From positions 27,933 through 91,932 of the forward strand of contig JAJXVV010000003.1 in NCBI GenBank assembly GCA_021781955.1: 64,000 nucleotides of DNA. The letters run 5' to 3'. Numbering within the stretch: position 1 is the stretch's first letter; the number at the start of each line of letters is the position of its first letter. Source of the stretch: a bacterium (GTDB lineage: Bacteria; Patescibacteriota; Minisyncoccia; Phycocordibacterales; UBA2100). Under the pieces are notes generated by a model, which saw nothing but the letters and a program-made list of their open reading frames with translations, ran no database searches and was not told the origin of the DNA. Both the position numbers and the translations under genes were made by a program. Positions 47,057-56,907 of the stretch are shown here, in pieces.

Positions 47057-48103
47057 ATGCGGATACTCGGCGTCGAGACCAGCTGCGACGAAACGGCCAT
47101 TTGCCTTATCGAGGCCAGTGGCGAGTTCGGTCCTGCGTTCAGATTCAGCGTGCTTGGCGACACGCTCGCCTCACAGGCAACGCTGCACGCGCAGTATGGC
47201 GGCGTGTTCCCCAATCTCGCGAAGCGCGAACACCTCAAGAACCTGCCGGTGCTTTATGAGGCGGTGCAGAAACAGGTTGGCGGTGTGAAGCCGGACGCGA
47301 TCGCGGTCACGGTCGGGCCAGGGCTTGAGCCGTGTCTGTGGACGGGGATCAATTTCGTGCAGAGGCTCGCCGATGAGTCGAAAGCGCCTGTCGTCGGCGT
47401 CGATCACATGGAGGGACACATCATGCTCTCGATGATGGCCCACGGAAAACTGTCTGACTTCGAGTTCCCCGTGCTCGCTCTCCTCATTTCCGGCGGCCAC
47501 ACGGAACTCGTCGTGATGCGCTCCTTCGGCGAGTACGAGGTGGTCGGGCGCACGCGCGACGATGCGGCTGGCGAGGCGTTCGACAAGGTCGCGCGATTGC
47601 TCAGCCTGCCGTATCCGGGCGGGCCGGAGATATCGCGCATTGCGCGGGCCGCCCGTTCCGCGGGCGGCCCGCGCCTCTACAACCTTCCGCGTCCGATGCT
47701 CCACGAAAATAATCTCGACTTTTCGTTCTCCGGCCTCAAGACCGCCGTACGGCGGCAGGTCGAAGACAAATCAGTCACCGACGATGAGCGCGCCGCGCTC
47801 GCGCGCGAGTTCGAGGACGCGGTCGCCGACGTGCTCGTCGGCAAAGCGATGCGTGCCATCGACGAGTACGGCATCAACACGCTCGTCGTGGGCGGCGGCG
47901 TTTCTGCCAACGACTATATTCGTGAGCGGCTGAAGACCGCGCTGGAAAACGAAGGCAACATCGCCAAGCTCCTCGTCCCTCCACCGGAGCTCGCCACCGA
48001 CAACGCACTCATGATCGCGCTCGCCGGCTACTTCCACGCGCAGAAGAAAGAATTTACCGACCCGTCGTCGCTCACCGCCGACGGCAACCTCGCGCTTGGC
48101 TAA
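47057..48103 (+). CDS. tsaD: tRNA N6-adenosine threonylcarbamoyltransferase
   Basis: MRILGVETSCDETA N-terminus and Kae1/TsaD family blocks (metal-binding HMEGH, GGVSAN). Confidence 0.9.
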   Translation: MRILGVETSCDETAICLIEASGEFGPAFRFSVLGDTLASQATLHAQYGGVFPNLAKREHLKNLPVLYEAVQKQVGGVKPDAIAVTVGPGLEPCLWTGINFVQRLADESKAPVVGVDHMEGHIMLSMMAHGKLSDFEFPVLALLISGGHTELVVMRSFGEYEVVGRTRDDAAGEAFDKVARLLSLPYPGGPEISRIARAARSAGGPRLYNLPRPMLHENNLDFSFSGLKTAVRRQVEDKSVTDDERAALAREFEDAVADVLVGKAMRAIDEYGINTLVVGGGVSANDYIRERLKTALENEGNIAKLLVPPPELATDNALMIALAGYFHAQKKEFTDPSSLTADGNLALG

Positions 48104-48119
48104 TTCGTGCTATAACTTC

Positions 48120-50312
48120 GCCATGGAACCGTCCAAGGCGCCTGAAGCGTTCTTGAGGCCCTACAACCCGGCCGAGCAGGAACCGCGCATGCTTGAGCTG
48201 TGGGAAGACAGCGGCTACGCCAATCCAGACGTCTGTGTCGAGAAAGGCGTCATCGAGCCTGATGCCGAACCCTATTCAATAGTATTGCCGCCGCCCAACG
48301 TGACCGGCACGCTTCACATGGGACATGCCGCGATGCTCGCTATCGAAGACATCCTCATCCGCTACCACCGCATGCGCGGGTACAAGACCCTTTGGTTGCC
48401 CGGCACCGATTCGGCCGCCATCGCCACGCAATCAAAAGTTGAAACGGATATCTACAAGAAGGAAAAGAAGACCCGGCACGACCTCGGCCGCGAGGAGCTG
48501 CTCAAACGCATCGAGCAATTCACCGACGAGAGCAAGGCGACGATCATCAACCAAACGAAGAAGATGGGCAGCTCGCTCGATTGGAGTCGCTACGCCTACA
48601 CGATGGACGAGGAGCGGTATGCGGCCGTCATGGAAGCGTTCGTGCGCATGTACGATGCGGGCCTTATTTATCGCGGCGACCGCATCGTCAATTGGGACCC
48701 GAAATTGCAGACGACCGTCTCCGACGACGAAATCGAGCACGTCGAACAGAAAGACCCATTTTTCCATTTCAAGTACGGCCCGTTCGACATCGGTACCGTA
48801 CGCCCTGAGACGAAGTTCGTCGACAAGTACGTCGTCATGCATCCCGAAGACGAGCGTTACGCGCAGTACAAGCATGGCCAAACGATCGAGGTGGAGTGGA
48901 TCAACGGCCCTATTACGGCAACCATCATTAAAGACAAGGCGGCCGACATGAGCTTCGGTTCGGGCGTGATGACCATTACGCCCGCGCACTCGGCCATCGA
49001 CTTCGAGATCGCGCAGCGCCATGGGCTCGACATGGAGCGCGTGATCGACGACCGGGGTATTTTGCTGCCCATCGCGGGCGAGTTCGCCGGCATGCACATT
49101 AAGAAGGCGCGCGCGCTCATCGTCGACAAGCTCAAGGCCAAGGGCTTGATCGCGAAGGTGGACGAAGGCTACATGCACAACGTCGCGACCAACAGCCGTG
49201 GCGGCGGCATTATCGAGCCGCAGATCAAGCGCCAATGGTTCATCGCGGTCAATAAGAAAGCGAAGTTCCCCGACGGCAAAACGCGCACGCTCAAGGAGTG
49301 GATGCGGCACGCGGTCGAGAGCGGCGAGGTCGGCATCATGCCAGAGCGTTTCGAGAAAATTTACTACCACTGGATCGACAACCTGCGTGACTGGTGCATC
49401 TCGCGGCAAATATGGTTCGGTCACCGCATCCCCGCATGGTTCAAAGATGACGAGGTGAAAGTGCAGGCCGGCTCGCCGGGCGAGGGTTGGGAACAGGACC
49501 CCGACACGCTCGATACCTGGTTCTCGTCCGGCCTGTGGACATTTTCCACGCTCGGCTGGCCGGATGATACGCACGACATGAAGACCTACCACCCGACCTC
49601 CGTACTTGAGACCGGCTACGACATCCTCTTCTTCTGGGTCGCGCGCATGGTGCTCATGAGCGGATTCTTGCTCGGCGAGGTCCCCTTCCGCAAGGTCTAC
49701 CTGCACGGCCTTGTGCGCGACGGATCGGGCCGCAAGATGAGCAAATCGCTCGGCAACATCATCGACCCGCTCACGATGGTCGAGAAGTACGGCGCCGACG
49801 CCGCGCGCCTTTCGCTCGTCATCGGCGCTTCGATGGGCAACGACGTGAAGCTCTCGGAAGACCGCGTGCGCGGCTACAAACATTTCGGCAACAAGGTCTG
49901 GAACATCGCGCGCTTCGTGCTCGAGAATCAGCAAGACCCCAGAGGACCGTCCTCTGGGCGTCCAGAGGACGGTCCTCTGGGCGAGGAGGATAGGCTGCTT
50001 ATCGTCGAGGCGCACACGGTCGCCAAGCAGGTATCCGAGCACATCGACCGCTTCCGCCTCGACCTCGCGGCCGATCAGGTCTACCACTTCGTGTGGGACC
50101 GCTTCGCGGCAGAAATACTCGAAAGCTCGAAACCGATACTGAAAGGCGATGATGCGGCGGCCCGCCAAGGGCGGGCCGCCGCCCTCTCCGAGATACTCGG
50201 CATCTCGCTCAAAATCCTTCACCCCTTCATGCCCTTCGTCACTGAGGCAATCTGGCAGCAGCTGCCGCAGAAGGAGTCCGACCTCCTCATGGTGGCGAAA
50301 TGGCCGGTCTAG
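48120..50312 (+). CDS. valS: valyl-tRNA synthetase (short form, no C-terminal coiled-coil)
   Basis: HMGHA (HIGH-class motif in PPPNVTGTLHMGHA), KMSKS, and editing-domain and anticodon-binding blocks typical of ValRS. About 730 aa. Confidence 0.85.
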   Translation, partial: AMEPSKAPEAFLRPYNPAEQEPRMLELWEDSGYANPDVCVEKGVIEPDAEPYSIVLPPPNVTGTLHMGHAAMLAIEDILIRYHRMRGYKTLWLPGTDSAAIATQSKVETDIYKKEKKTRHDLGREELLKRIEQFTDESKATIINQTKKMGSSLDWSRYAYTMDEERYAAVMEAFVRMYDAGLIYRGDRIVNWDPKLQTTVSDDEIEHVEQKDPFFHFKYGPFDIGTVRPETKFVDKYVVMHPEDERYAQYKHGQTIEVEWINGPITATIIKDKAADMSFGSGVMTITPAHSAIDFEIAQRHGLDMERVIDDRGILLPIAGEFAGMHIKKARALIVDKLKAKGLIAKVDEGYMHNVATNSRGGGIIEPQIKRQWFIAVNKKAKFPDGKTRTLKEWMRHAVESGEVGIMPERFEKIYYHWIDNLRDWCISRQIWFGHRIPAWFKDDEVKVQAGSPGEGWEQDPDTLDTWFSSGLWTFSTLGWPDDTHDMKTYHPTSVLETGYDILFFWVARMVLMSGFLLGEVPFRKVYLHGLVRDGSGRKMSKSLGNIIDPLTMVEKYGADAARLSLVIGASMGNDVKLSEDRVRGYKHFGNKVWNIARFVLENQQDPRGPSSGRPEDGPLGEEDRLLIVEAHTVAKQVSEHIDRFRLDLAADQVYHFVWDRFAAEILESSKPILKGDDAAARQGRAAALSEILGISLKILHPFMPFVTEAIWQQLPQKESDLLMVAKWPV
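49939..49980. repeat. tandem pair of a palindromic 19-mer (ccagaggaccgtcctctgg and its reverse complement), in-frame inside valS
   Basis: Two hairpin-forming units separated by gcgt. Encodes PRGPSSGRPEDGPL within ValRS. A third copy is at 52218-52236. Confidence 0.7.
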
Positions 50313-50330
50313 GCACGCTATAATGCACGC

Positions 50331-51053
50331 ATGCCCGATATAGGGTCATTTAGTGCGGCTGCCGCGGGCGGAGTCTTGCCCGCGCTCGCGTGGGTGTGGT
50401 TCTGGCGCCGCGAGGACAGCGCGCACCCGGAGCCGCGCCGCCTCATTGCGCTCGCCTTTCTGGCGGGCATGGTCGCCGTCGGAGTCGTCATCCCTATTGA
50501 ACGGGCGGTCGTCCCCTACATCGCCTCGCAAACCCTCCTTTTCTCCGTATGGTCGACCATTGAGGAGATCATGAAGTACGTCATGGCGCGCCTCACGGTG
50601 CTCTACCGCTGGGAGAACGACGAGCCTATCGATCCGATCATCTACATGGTCACGACCGCGCTCGGCTTCGCGGCCGCCGAAAACACCCTCTTTTTGCTGT
50701 CTCCGCTGTCTGGCGACACACTCGCTCAGACCATCCTCACGGGCGATTTGCGCTTCGTGGGAGCAACGCTGCTGCATGTTCTTTCCTCAGCGGTCATCGG
50801 GGTCGCGCTTGCGCTCTCGTTCTACAAATCCAAGCGCACCAGACGCTGGTATACGGTCGCCGGAGTTATCCTCGCCGCCTCTTTGCACAGTCTCTTCAAT
50901 TTCCTTATACTGAACACACCAGAGACGCACATTTTCCGCACGTTCGGCTTCGTGTGGCTCGGGCTGATAGGTTTGCTCGCGGTCTTGGAGTACGTCAAGC
51001 GCATCCATCCCACTGTTAAAAAGATACTAGTCAAAAAAGTCTCATGGCGATAA
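50331..51053 (+). CDS. PrsW-family intramembrane protease
   Basis: WRREDSAHPEP near the N-terminus, EE...K and FAAAEN motifs typical of PrsW/YhfC-like proteases, multiple TM. Confidence 0.65.
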   Translation: MPDIGSFSAAAAGGVLPALAWVWFWRREDSAHPEPRRLIALAFLAGMVAVGVVIPIERAVVPYIASQTLLFSVWSTIEEIMKYVMARLTVLYRWENDEPIDPIIYMVTTALGFAAAENTLFLLSPLSGDTLAQTILTGDLRFVGATLLHVLSSAVIGVALALSFYKSKRTRRWYTVAGVILAASLHSLFNFLILNTPETHIFRTFGFVWLGLIGLLAVLEYVKRIHPTVKKILVKKVSWR

Positions 51054-51532
51054 AGAAACCAGGGTTCCTCTCCAAGCTCACCGGTTCTGATAATGAGTAC
51101 GAATATTTCGATGATGGCAAACCCGCCGTATTTGAAGGCGAGGGCGACGAGCGTCACGCGCAGATCCGTACGTCGCAGCAAGAATGGCGCGGCGAAGAGC
51201 CGCACGGGGAGCTCGCCGTCGACATCTACCAGACTCAGGACGCCATCGTGGTGAAAGCGCTCGTGGCGGGCGTCCAGCCGCAATCCATTGACATATCGCT
51301 TACCCGAGAGATGCTCACTATTTCCGGCTCACGCCAAGACGAACGCGAGGTGGAGGACGATAATTACTTCCAGCGCGAGCTCTACTGGGGATCGTTCTCT
51401 CGAACGATACTTTTGCCCGAGGAGGTCGATGTGGACATGGCGGAAGCCTCCGAAAAGCACGGCATTCTCATGATCCGCCTGCCAAAAATCAACAAGAAAA
51501 AAGAAACGAAGCTCAAGGTCCGCAGCCGATAG
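51044..51532 (+). CDS. Hsp20/alpha-crystallin small heat-shock protein
   Basis: Alpha-crystallin domain (AVDIYQTQDAIVVKALVAGV...ILMIRLPK). Confidence 0.8.
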   Translation: MAIKKPGFLSKLTGSDNEYEYFDDGKPAVFEGEGDERHAQIRTSQQEWRGEEPHGELAVDIYQTQDAIVVKALVAGVQPQSIDISLTREMLTISGSRQDEREVEDDNYFQRELYWGSFSRTILLPEEVDVDMAEASEKHGILMIRLPKINKKKETKLKVRSR

Positions 51533-51533
51533 C

Positions 51534-51560
51534 AAAAAGGCGCCCCCGGGCGCCTTTTTC
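51534..51560. terminator. bidirectional Rho-independent terminator
   Basis: aaaaaGGCGCCCccGGGCGCCttttt. Serves the hsp20 gene (plus) and the minus-strand gene ending at 51582. Confidence 0.8.
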
Positions 51561-51581
51561 GTTCGTGGAAAGATCGTGCTC

Positions 51582-52217
51582 TCAAGCGAGGTTCAATTTT
51601 GCCAACGCCTGGCGGACTTGTCGCCTCAACACCCAATTGCCGAGGGGAATGAACGCGTACGCCCACAACAACACAGCGGCCCCTAACGAACCCAGCACGA
51701 GCGCGTCAAAATCCGGCGACGGCCACGGCCTGAAATAGTGGATGATAGCCGCACTGAACACGAACGCACATCCACTCCATGTCAGGAAGTGGCGTTCACT
51801 TCTTGACGCCATCCACTGGGCCGCAGGACGCACCTTCCGGATTGCGCGTTCAATGATGGCAGGCGCCAACACGAACGCTCCATCGGGTCTTATTGAGCCA
51901 AGATTGGGCGTAAGCGCGTACGCCTTGCCGTCCTGCCATCCAACAAGGAAGACCTCCCGTCCCAGACCAAAAACGTGCACGCTCTCGAACTCTTCAAAGA
52001 AGTCTTTCATGTTCTCTCCCGTCTCGAGCGCGAACGTCAGCTCGATCCGATTACGAGATCGTCGATCCTGCGAGCAGACTTCAATGGAATAGTCGAACGC
52101 GGCACGCAACACGTCAAGGTGCGCAGTCTCGAGCCCTTTCATTGCCTTATCCCTTCTTTCTTTACAAGCAGCCCAGATTGAAGCACAGAAGGCGCGCTTG
52201 CACAAACCGATCCTCAC
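51582..52217 (-). CDS. hypothetical membrane protein
   Basis: 211 aa with a TM segment near the C-terminus. No motif recognised. Confidence 0.4.
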   Translation of the reverse strand: MRIGLCKRAFCASIWAACKERRDKAMKGLETAHLDVLRAAFDYSIEVCSQDRRSRNRIELTFALETGENMKDFFEEFESVHVFGLGREVFLVGWQDGKAYALTPNLGSIRPDGAFVLAPAIIERAIRKVRPAAQWMASRSERHFLTWSGCAFVFSAAIIHYFRPWPSPDFDALVLGSLGAAVLLWAYAFIPLGNWVLRRQVRQALAKLNLA

Positions 52218-52236
52218 CCAGAGGACCGTCCTCTGG
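52218..52236. repeat. palindromic 19-mer ccagaggaccgtcctctgg (third copy)
   Basis: Identical to the unit inside valS. Intergenic between two minus-strand genes. Confidence 0.65.
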
Positions 52237-52244
52237 AGAAGAGG

Positions 52245-53132
52245 TCACGAGGTCCGCAAATCCTCGTCTGTCGGAAAATCATCGTTGAGGAGGCCTATCT
52301 TGTAGATGTCGAAACTGTTATCTCCTTCGAACATATCCGAAGGATTCGGGAGATAGATGCGCGGGCGGGAGATCTCGGCCGTCGCATCCCGAATGAGCCG
52401 GTGGAAGAGCCGGAATTCCTCATCGAAATGCGTGAAGTCGATGACGTAGCGGCGCAATTGCGGCGAACCGTCGGCATTCTTGCGCTTCTTGAGCTCGTGA
52501 TAGATGAAGCGGCGTACCGGCTTTTGGAACAGCTCGCGCACGGTGTAGTAGTTGAATATCGCCTGGAGCACGAAGAGCGGCTTGTCTTGCTTGAGCGATG
52601 AGAACGAGTCCACGAATTTGTGATCGACGATATCGAACGCGCCGCGCTCCACTTTTGATCGCACGACGAGGTCCGAGACGGCCTTCAGGGGCAGCGGCAG
52701 GCCCTCGACTTCGACCATGCCCTTCACCTCAACGCCCACCACCTCGAAGCGCGGCGGCCGTTCCAGGTAAAAACCGATGGCCTGGAGATATTCGCGCTCC
52801 ATAGAGGCGCGTTTCTTTTTCTTGGCCGCGCGCGTCTTCGCTTTGCCGAAATTGATCTCAAGATCGGGCACCGCGCGCAAATATTCGAGCCCGAGCTCGA
52901 TGGCGCCCTCTTTGCCGATACCGCCATAAAAATGCTGGAGCGCGATGTGACCCGCGCGCCCGACCACGCCTGCAGGCGAGGAGGGCGTATCGTACACATG
53001 TTCGACATAGCGCTTGTACCAGGCCAAGGGATTCCGCAAGAAAGCCGCGAGCGACGAATGGCTCCAGTACTTGATGGGCGGCTTCCCTTCCGTTGGCATT
53101 GGGTGAGTATACCTCGTTTGACGCTCATTCAT
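52245..53132 (-). CDS. PD-(D/E)xK-superfamily nuclease-like protein (Cas4/RecB-like N-terminal region, no Fe-S Cys cluster)
   Basis: YWSHSSLAAF..NPLAWYKRYV N-terminus, AGHIALQ, and a D..D.K element (DIVDHKFV) fit the PD-(D/E)xK pattern. Confidence 0.45.
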   Translation of the reverse strand: MNERQTRYTHPMPTEGKPPIKYWSHSSLAAFLRNPLAWYKRYVEHVYDTPSSPAGVVGRAGHIALQHFYGGIGKEGAIELGLEYLRAVPDLEINFGKAKTRAAKKKKRASMEREYLQAIGFYLERPPRFEVVGVEVKGMVEVEGLPLPLKAVSDLVVRSKVERGAFDIVDHKFVDSFSSLKQDKPLFVLQAIFNYYTVRELFQKPVRRFIYHELKKRKNADGSPQLRRYVIDFTHFDEEFRLFHRLIRDATAEISRPRIYLPNPSDMFEGDNSFDIYKIGLLNDDFPTDEDLRTS

Positions 53133-53207
53133 ATCTATGGCATCCTACCGCGATACCTGCATTGCGTAATGTGGGTTGATCGAAGCCAAACCAAGGAGGC
53201 AGGTACG

Positions 53208-53330
53208 ATGTTCATCGTTTATTGGGTCTACGAGAAGGTCGACCAGCTCCTCGAATTTCTCGACCGCACGATCGGTCCGCTCGTGCGGCCGCCTGCGAAA
53301 CCGACACAGCCAACCCGTGTCGAGGAGTGA
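53208..53330 (+). CDS. small hydrophobic protein (40 aa), hypothetical
   Basis: Canonical SD AAGGAGG 8 nt upstream of ATG. MFIVYWVYEKVDQLLEFLDRTIGPLVRPPAKPTQPTRVEE. Confidence 0.35.
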   Translation: MFIVYWVYEKVDQLLEFLDRTIGPLVRPPAKPTQPTRVEE

Positions 53331-53501
53331 TCGTGCTCCGTTCTGTTCCCATATAACCCGAGCCCGCCGTGCCCCTCGCATCGGCGGCTCTTTTTTTGGC
53401 ATTATCCACTCGCGTCGATTGACTTTGCGTGCCGCGGGAATAGGATAGTTCGATCCTTGCATGAAAGGATGCCACCAGGCAATGACGAAAGGGGTCATCT
53501 G

Positions 53502-54173
53502 ATGGAAGCTCTTTTGTTCTCTGTCTCAGGACAGAGATTAACGAACAAGACCGAATTGTACCACCGGCTGAAAGAAGAACTTTCGAGGAGGTTCCCCGAA
53601 ATACCGTTCATGTTCCCTGGGAACCCGTTCGATCGTCTTCCCTTCCCGCTCACCTGGGAACGGGATCGCGGCGCGGACGCGCCGACGACGAGGCTGCTCG
53701 AGTGCTGGACGCGCCTCGATCGATTCTGTTCGAGGAATCTATGCTCCTTATTGCGCACCAAAAGCGTTATATTCGTGCATGGGTTCGGCCTCGATGCGCT
53801 TCTGCATGCAACTGCATGCGTCGATTGCGAGACGGCGAACGACGAGGCATTCAGGCTCCACAACGGGCTCGTCCGGCTTCGGCTGCAGGAGCAGAACATT
53901 GAAGCGCCGGAATACTTCATCACCCGAGCCGATGTGCGAACGCTTGACGCTCGCATCGTAAAGAGATACCCGGCGCTCACGGACATGCCGCAAGCGGCAC
54001 GGACGCGCTTCATCCGGTACGAAGAAGGAACGATCAACACGTATTTTCGCCGAATCAAGCACCAGAAGGAACCGCATTTCATCGATGCGGGCGAGACTGT
54101 CGAAAACATGGTCGAGCAGGTCGTTGCGGTCGTTATGCGACGGCTTCAAGAAAGGAAATTGCTCGCGGCGTAA
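53502..54173 (+). CDS. hypothetical protein
   Basis: About 224 aa upstream of the Ehr-like cluster, no motif recognised. Start at MEALLF (ORF track 53457). Confidence 0.4.
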   Translation: MEALLFSVSGQRLTNKTELYHRLKEELSRRFPEIPFMFPGNPFDRLPFPLTWERDRGADAPTTRLLECWTRLDRFCSRNLCSLLRTKSVIFVHGFGLDALLHATACVDCETANDEAFRLHNGLVRLRLQEQNIEAPEYFITRADVRTLDARIVKRYPALTDMPQAARTRFIRYEEGTINTYFRRIKHQKEPHFIDAGETVENMVEQVVAVVMRRLQERKLLAA

Positions 54174-54327
54174 CGTTGCCGATCGATGAGCCCGCGCTAT
54201 GTCGCGGGCTCTTTATTTGTCCGCCGACGCGGTTGCGCGTTCGTGCTCGTGGGTGTACAGTCTCGCACATCGGCCGAGCGCTCTCGCCACGGGTGACGCA
54301 TCGGTCTCTTTGTTTTATCGTGTCGCT

Positions 54328-54858
54328 ATGTATAGACTGCTGAAAAAAATCGCTTCGACCCCGCAGGTGACCATGCCGAGGAGCACTTTTGCCGATGCGG
54401 AATTCGAGACGCTCGGCGAGCGGCTCAGAGAGAGGATATTCTCATCCCTGAAAGGCTCGCTCGCGATACGCCAAGTCGCGGCCGGATCATCGAACGCCGA
54501 GGAATGGGAATTGACCGCGCTCGGCAACGCCTATTACGACATCGAGCGCTTCGGGATCAAGTTCGTCGCGTCCCCGCGCCACGCCGACGCGCTCCTCGTG
54601 AGCGGGCCGGTCTCGCGCAACATGGCAGAGGCGCTGCGCCGCACGTACGAGGCGACCCCCGCTCCAAAGATCGTCGTCGCGGTCGGCGACGGTGCGATCG
54701 ACGGCGGCATCTTCAAGGGCTCCTACGCGATAGCCGGCGGCGTCAAAGATGTCATTCCGGTCGATATCGAGATCCCGGGCGATCCGCCGACGCCGCAAGC
54801 CATCATCGCGGCTCTGCTGCAAGTCGTGGAGCGCCTCGGCACAAAACGCACGCCGTAA
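54328..54858 (+). CDS. NuoB/HycG-like small subunit, degenerate (all four [4Fe-4S] Cys ligands replaced)
   Basis: Strong colinear similarity to HycG/NuoB (ERFGIKFVASPRHADALLVSGPV, IPVDIEIPG.PPTP). At the positions where I recall HycG/NuoB having Cys-containing motifs (CxxCxxC, GACxxSGG, PGCPP), this protein reads VAAGSSNAEE, GDGAIDGG and PGDPP. Confidence 0.75.
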   Translation: MYRLLKKIASTPQVTMPRSTFADAEFETLGERLRERIFSSLKGSLAIRQVAAGSSNAEEWELTALGNAYYDIERFGIKFVASPRHADALLVSGPVSRNMAEALRRTYEATPAPKIVVAVGDGAIDGGIFKGSYAIAGGVKDVIPVDIEIPGDPPTPQAIIAALLQVVERLGTKRTP

Positions 54859-54859
54859 T

Positions 54860-56902
54860 ATGAGTATCCTTCCGCAGTACGGCATAACGCTTGCACTGGC
54901 GCTCTATGCAGCGGGCGCGCTCTCCTCGCTCGTTCTCGGCGCACGGAAGACGGAAGGCGCGGCCCTGATAGCATCGCACGCGTTCGCGGCCCTCGCCGCG
55001 CTCGCGGCGTTCGTTTCGGCGTGCTCGATCGTCGTCTCGGGCGCCGCAGCGCTCTTCGACGCGGGCAGCATCGGGCTCATGGCGCATGTGCTCACGATTC
55101 GTATCGATCCGCTTTCCGCGCTTTTCCTCGCCGTCATTTCAACGGTCGTATTCGCGGCATCGATCTACGGCATCGCCTACCAGAGGCAATTCCTCGGCGT
55201 GTACCGCTCATCTGGGTTCGGCTTCTTCTACAACGTGTTCCTCGCGAGCATGTCGCTCGTCGTCATGGCCGACAACGCGATCCTCTTCCTGCTTGCCTGG
55301 GAACTGATGGCCGTGTGCTCCTACGCGCTCGTCGTGTTCGAACGTCACGAGTCGCATGCCGTTGCCGCAGGCGCTCTTTACCTCCTGATTTCGCAGCTCG
55401 GCGCAGCGTGCTTGTTGGCCGCATTCGTCATACTCTACGGCATAGTCGGTTCGTGGGATTTCGAGGTGCTGCGCGCTCATACGACACAGCTCTCGGCCCT
55501 CGCGCAAAACGGCGTCCTGCTGCTTGCGCTCGTCGGTTTCGCCTCGAAAGCCGGCGTCATCCCGCTCCACATCTGGCTGCCGGAGGCGCATCCCGCTGCG
55601 CCCTCGCACGTGTCGGCAATCATGTCCGGCGTGATGATCAAGACCGCGCTTTTCATGATCATCCGTTTTTTCATCGAATTCTTTCCCGCGAGCGCATCGT
55701 GGGGGCTGGTCATCCTCGTCCTCGGCGGCATCTCGAGCCTGCTCGGAGTCCTGTACGCCCTCTCGGAGCATGACATTAAACGCCTCCTCGCTTTCCACAG
55801 CGTCGAGAACGTGGGCATTATCCTGCTCGGCATCGGCGCTTCGATCTGCTTCTTCTCATACGGCCTGCCCGCACTCGGCTACCTCGCGCTCGCAGCGGCG
55901 CTTTACCACACCGTCAACCACGCGCTCTTTAAGTCGCTTCTGTTCCTTTCCGCCGGCTCCGTGGTGCACTCGACCGGCACGCGCAACATGGAAGAGTACG
56001 GCGGCCTCATCCGCACGATGCCGTGGACCGCTCTTTTCTTCCTCGTCGGCGCGATCGCCATTTCCGGCCTGCCTCCATTCAACGGTTTCGTGAGCGAATG
56101 GCTCACCTTCCAGAGCCTGTTCGCTGGCATCAAAGCGCTCCCCGCGCTCGGGAAAGCGGTCTTTCTATTCGGCGCCGCCTCGCTCGCCTTCACCGGAGGG
56201 CTCGCTGCCGCGTGTTTCGTGAAGGCCTTCGGCGTGACATTCCTCGCGCGCGCGCGCAGCAGCCACGCCTCTCATGCGCACGAGACACCGGCACTGATGA
56301 TACTTCCCATGGGCCTGCTTGCGCTCCTCACGTTCCTGCTCGGCGTAGGCGCCTCCTCGTTCGCGCCCATACTCTCCACGATCGCGCTCTCGCTGCGCGG
56401 CGGCTCAGCGGGAGCGCCGCACGCGAACCCGCTGCAAGCGATCACCGTCGGCTCATCCGCAACGCTCTCAATGGCATGGATTGCCGCAGCGCTCTTGGCA
56501 GCCATCGCGCTCACGTATTTCTACACGCTATTCGCATCAAAGGGCACGCGACGCACCGTCTCTCGCACATGGGATTGCGGATATCCGCTCTCGCCTCGCA
56601 TGGAGATCACGGCGACGGGATTCTCGCGTTCCATCATCGTCATATTCCGCGGACTGCTGCGTCCGAGCATCCAGCGAAGCGCCGAGTATCACGACGCGGC
56701 GATGCGCTACTTCGCCAAGTCGCGCAGCGTGTACTTGCACATGCCAAATCTCTATCGCACGTACCTGTATGACCCCGCGGGGCTATTGATCGAGAAGGGC
56801 GCGATGCGCGCCCGCCGCATCCAAACCGGCAACCTCAACCTGTACCTGCTCTACATCCTCCTCACGATCGCCGCTCTCCTGGTGTGGACCATTCATTCAT
56901 AA
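54860..56902 (+). CDS. NuoL/HyfB/MrpA-like antiporter-type membrane subunit
   Basis: 680-aa polytopic protein with complex-I antiporter-subunit blocks (WLPEAHPAAPSHVSAIMSG, multiple TM). Confidence 0.8.
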   Translation: MSILPQYGITLALALYAAGALSSLVLGARKTEGAALIASHAFAALAALAAFVSACSIVVSGAAALFDAGSIGLMAHVLTIRIDPLSALFLAVISTVVFAASIYGIAYQRQFLGVYRSSGFGFFYNVFLASMSLVVMADNAILFLLAWELMAVCSYALVVFERHESHAVAAGALYLLISQLGAACLLAAFVILYGIVGSWDFEVLRAHTTQLSALAQNGVLLLALVGFASKAGVIPLHIWLPEAHPAAPSHVSAIMSGVMIKTALFMIIRFFIEFFPASASWGLVILVLGGISSLLGVLYALSEHDIKRLLAFHSVENVGIILLGIGASICFFSYGLPALGYLALAAALYHTVNHALFKSLLFLSAGSVVHSTGTRNMEEYGGLIRTMPWTALFFLVGAIAISGLPPFNGFVSEWLTFQSLFAGIKALPALGKAVFLFGAASLAFTGGLAAACFVKAFGVTFLARARSSHASHAHETPALMILPMGLLALLTFLLGVGASSFAPILSTIALSLRGGSAGAPHANPLQAITVGSSATLSMAWIAAALLAAIALTYFYTLFASKGTRRTVSRTWDCGYPLSPRMEITATGFSRSIIVIFRGLLRPSIQRSAEYHDAAMRYFAKSRSVYLHMPNLYRTYLYDPAGLLIEKGAMRARRIQTGNLNLYLLYILLTIAALLVWTIHS

Positions 56903-56907
56903 CGCGT

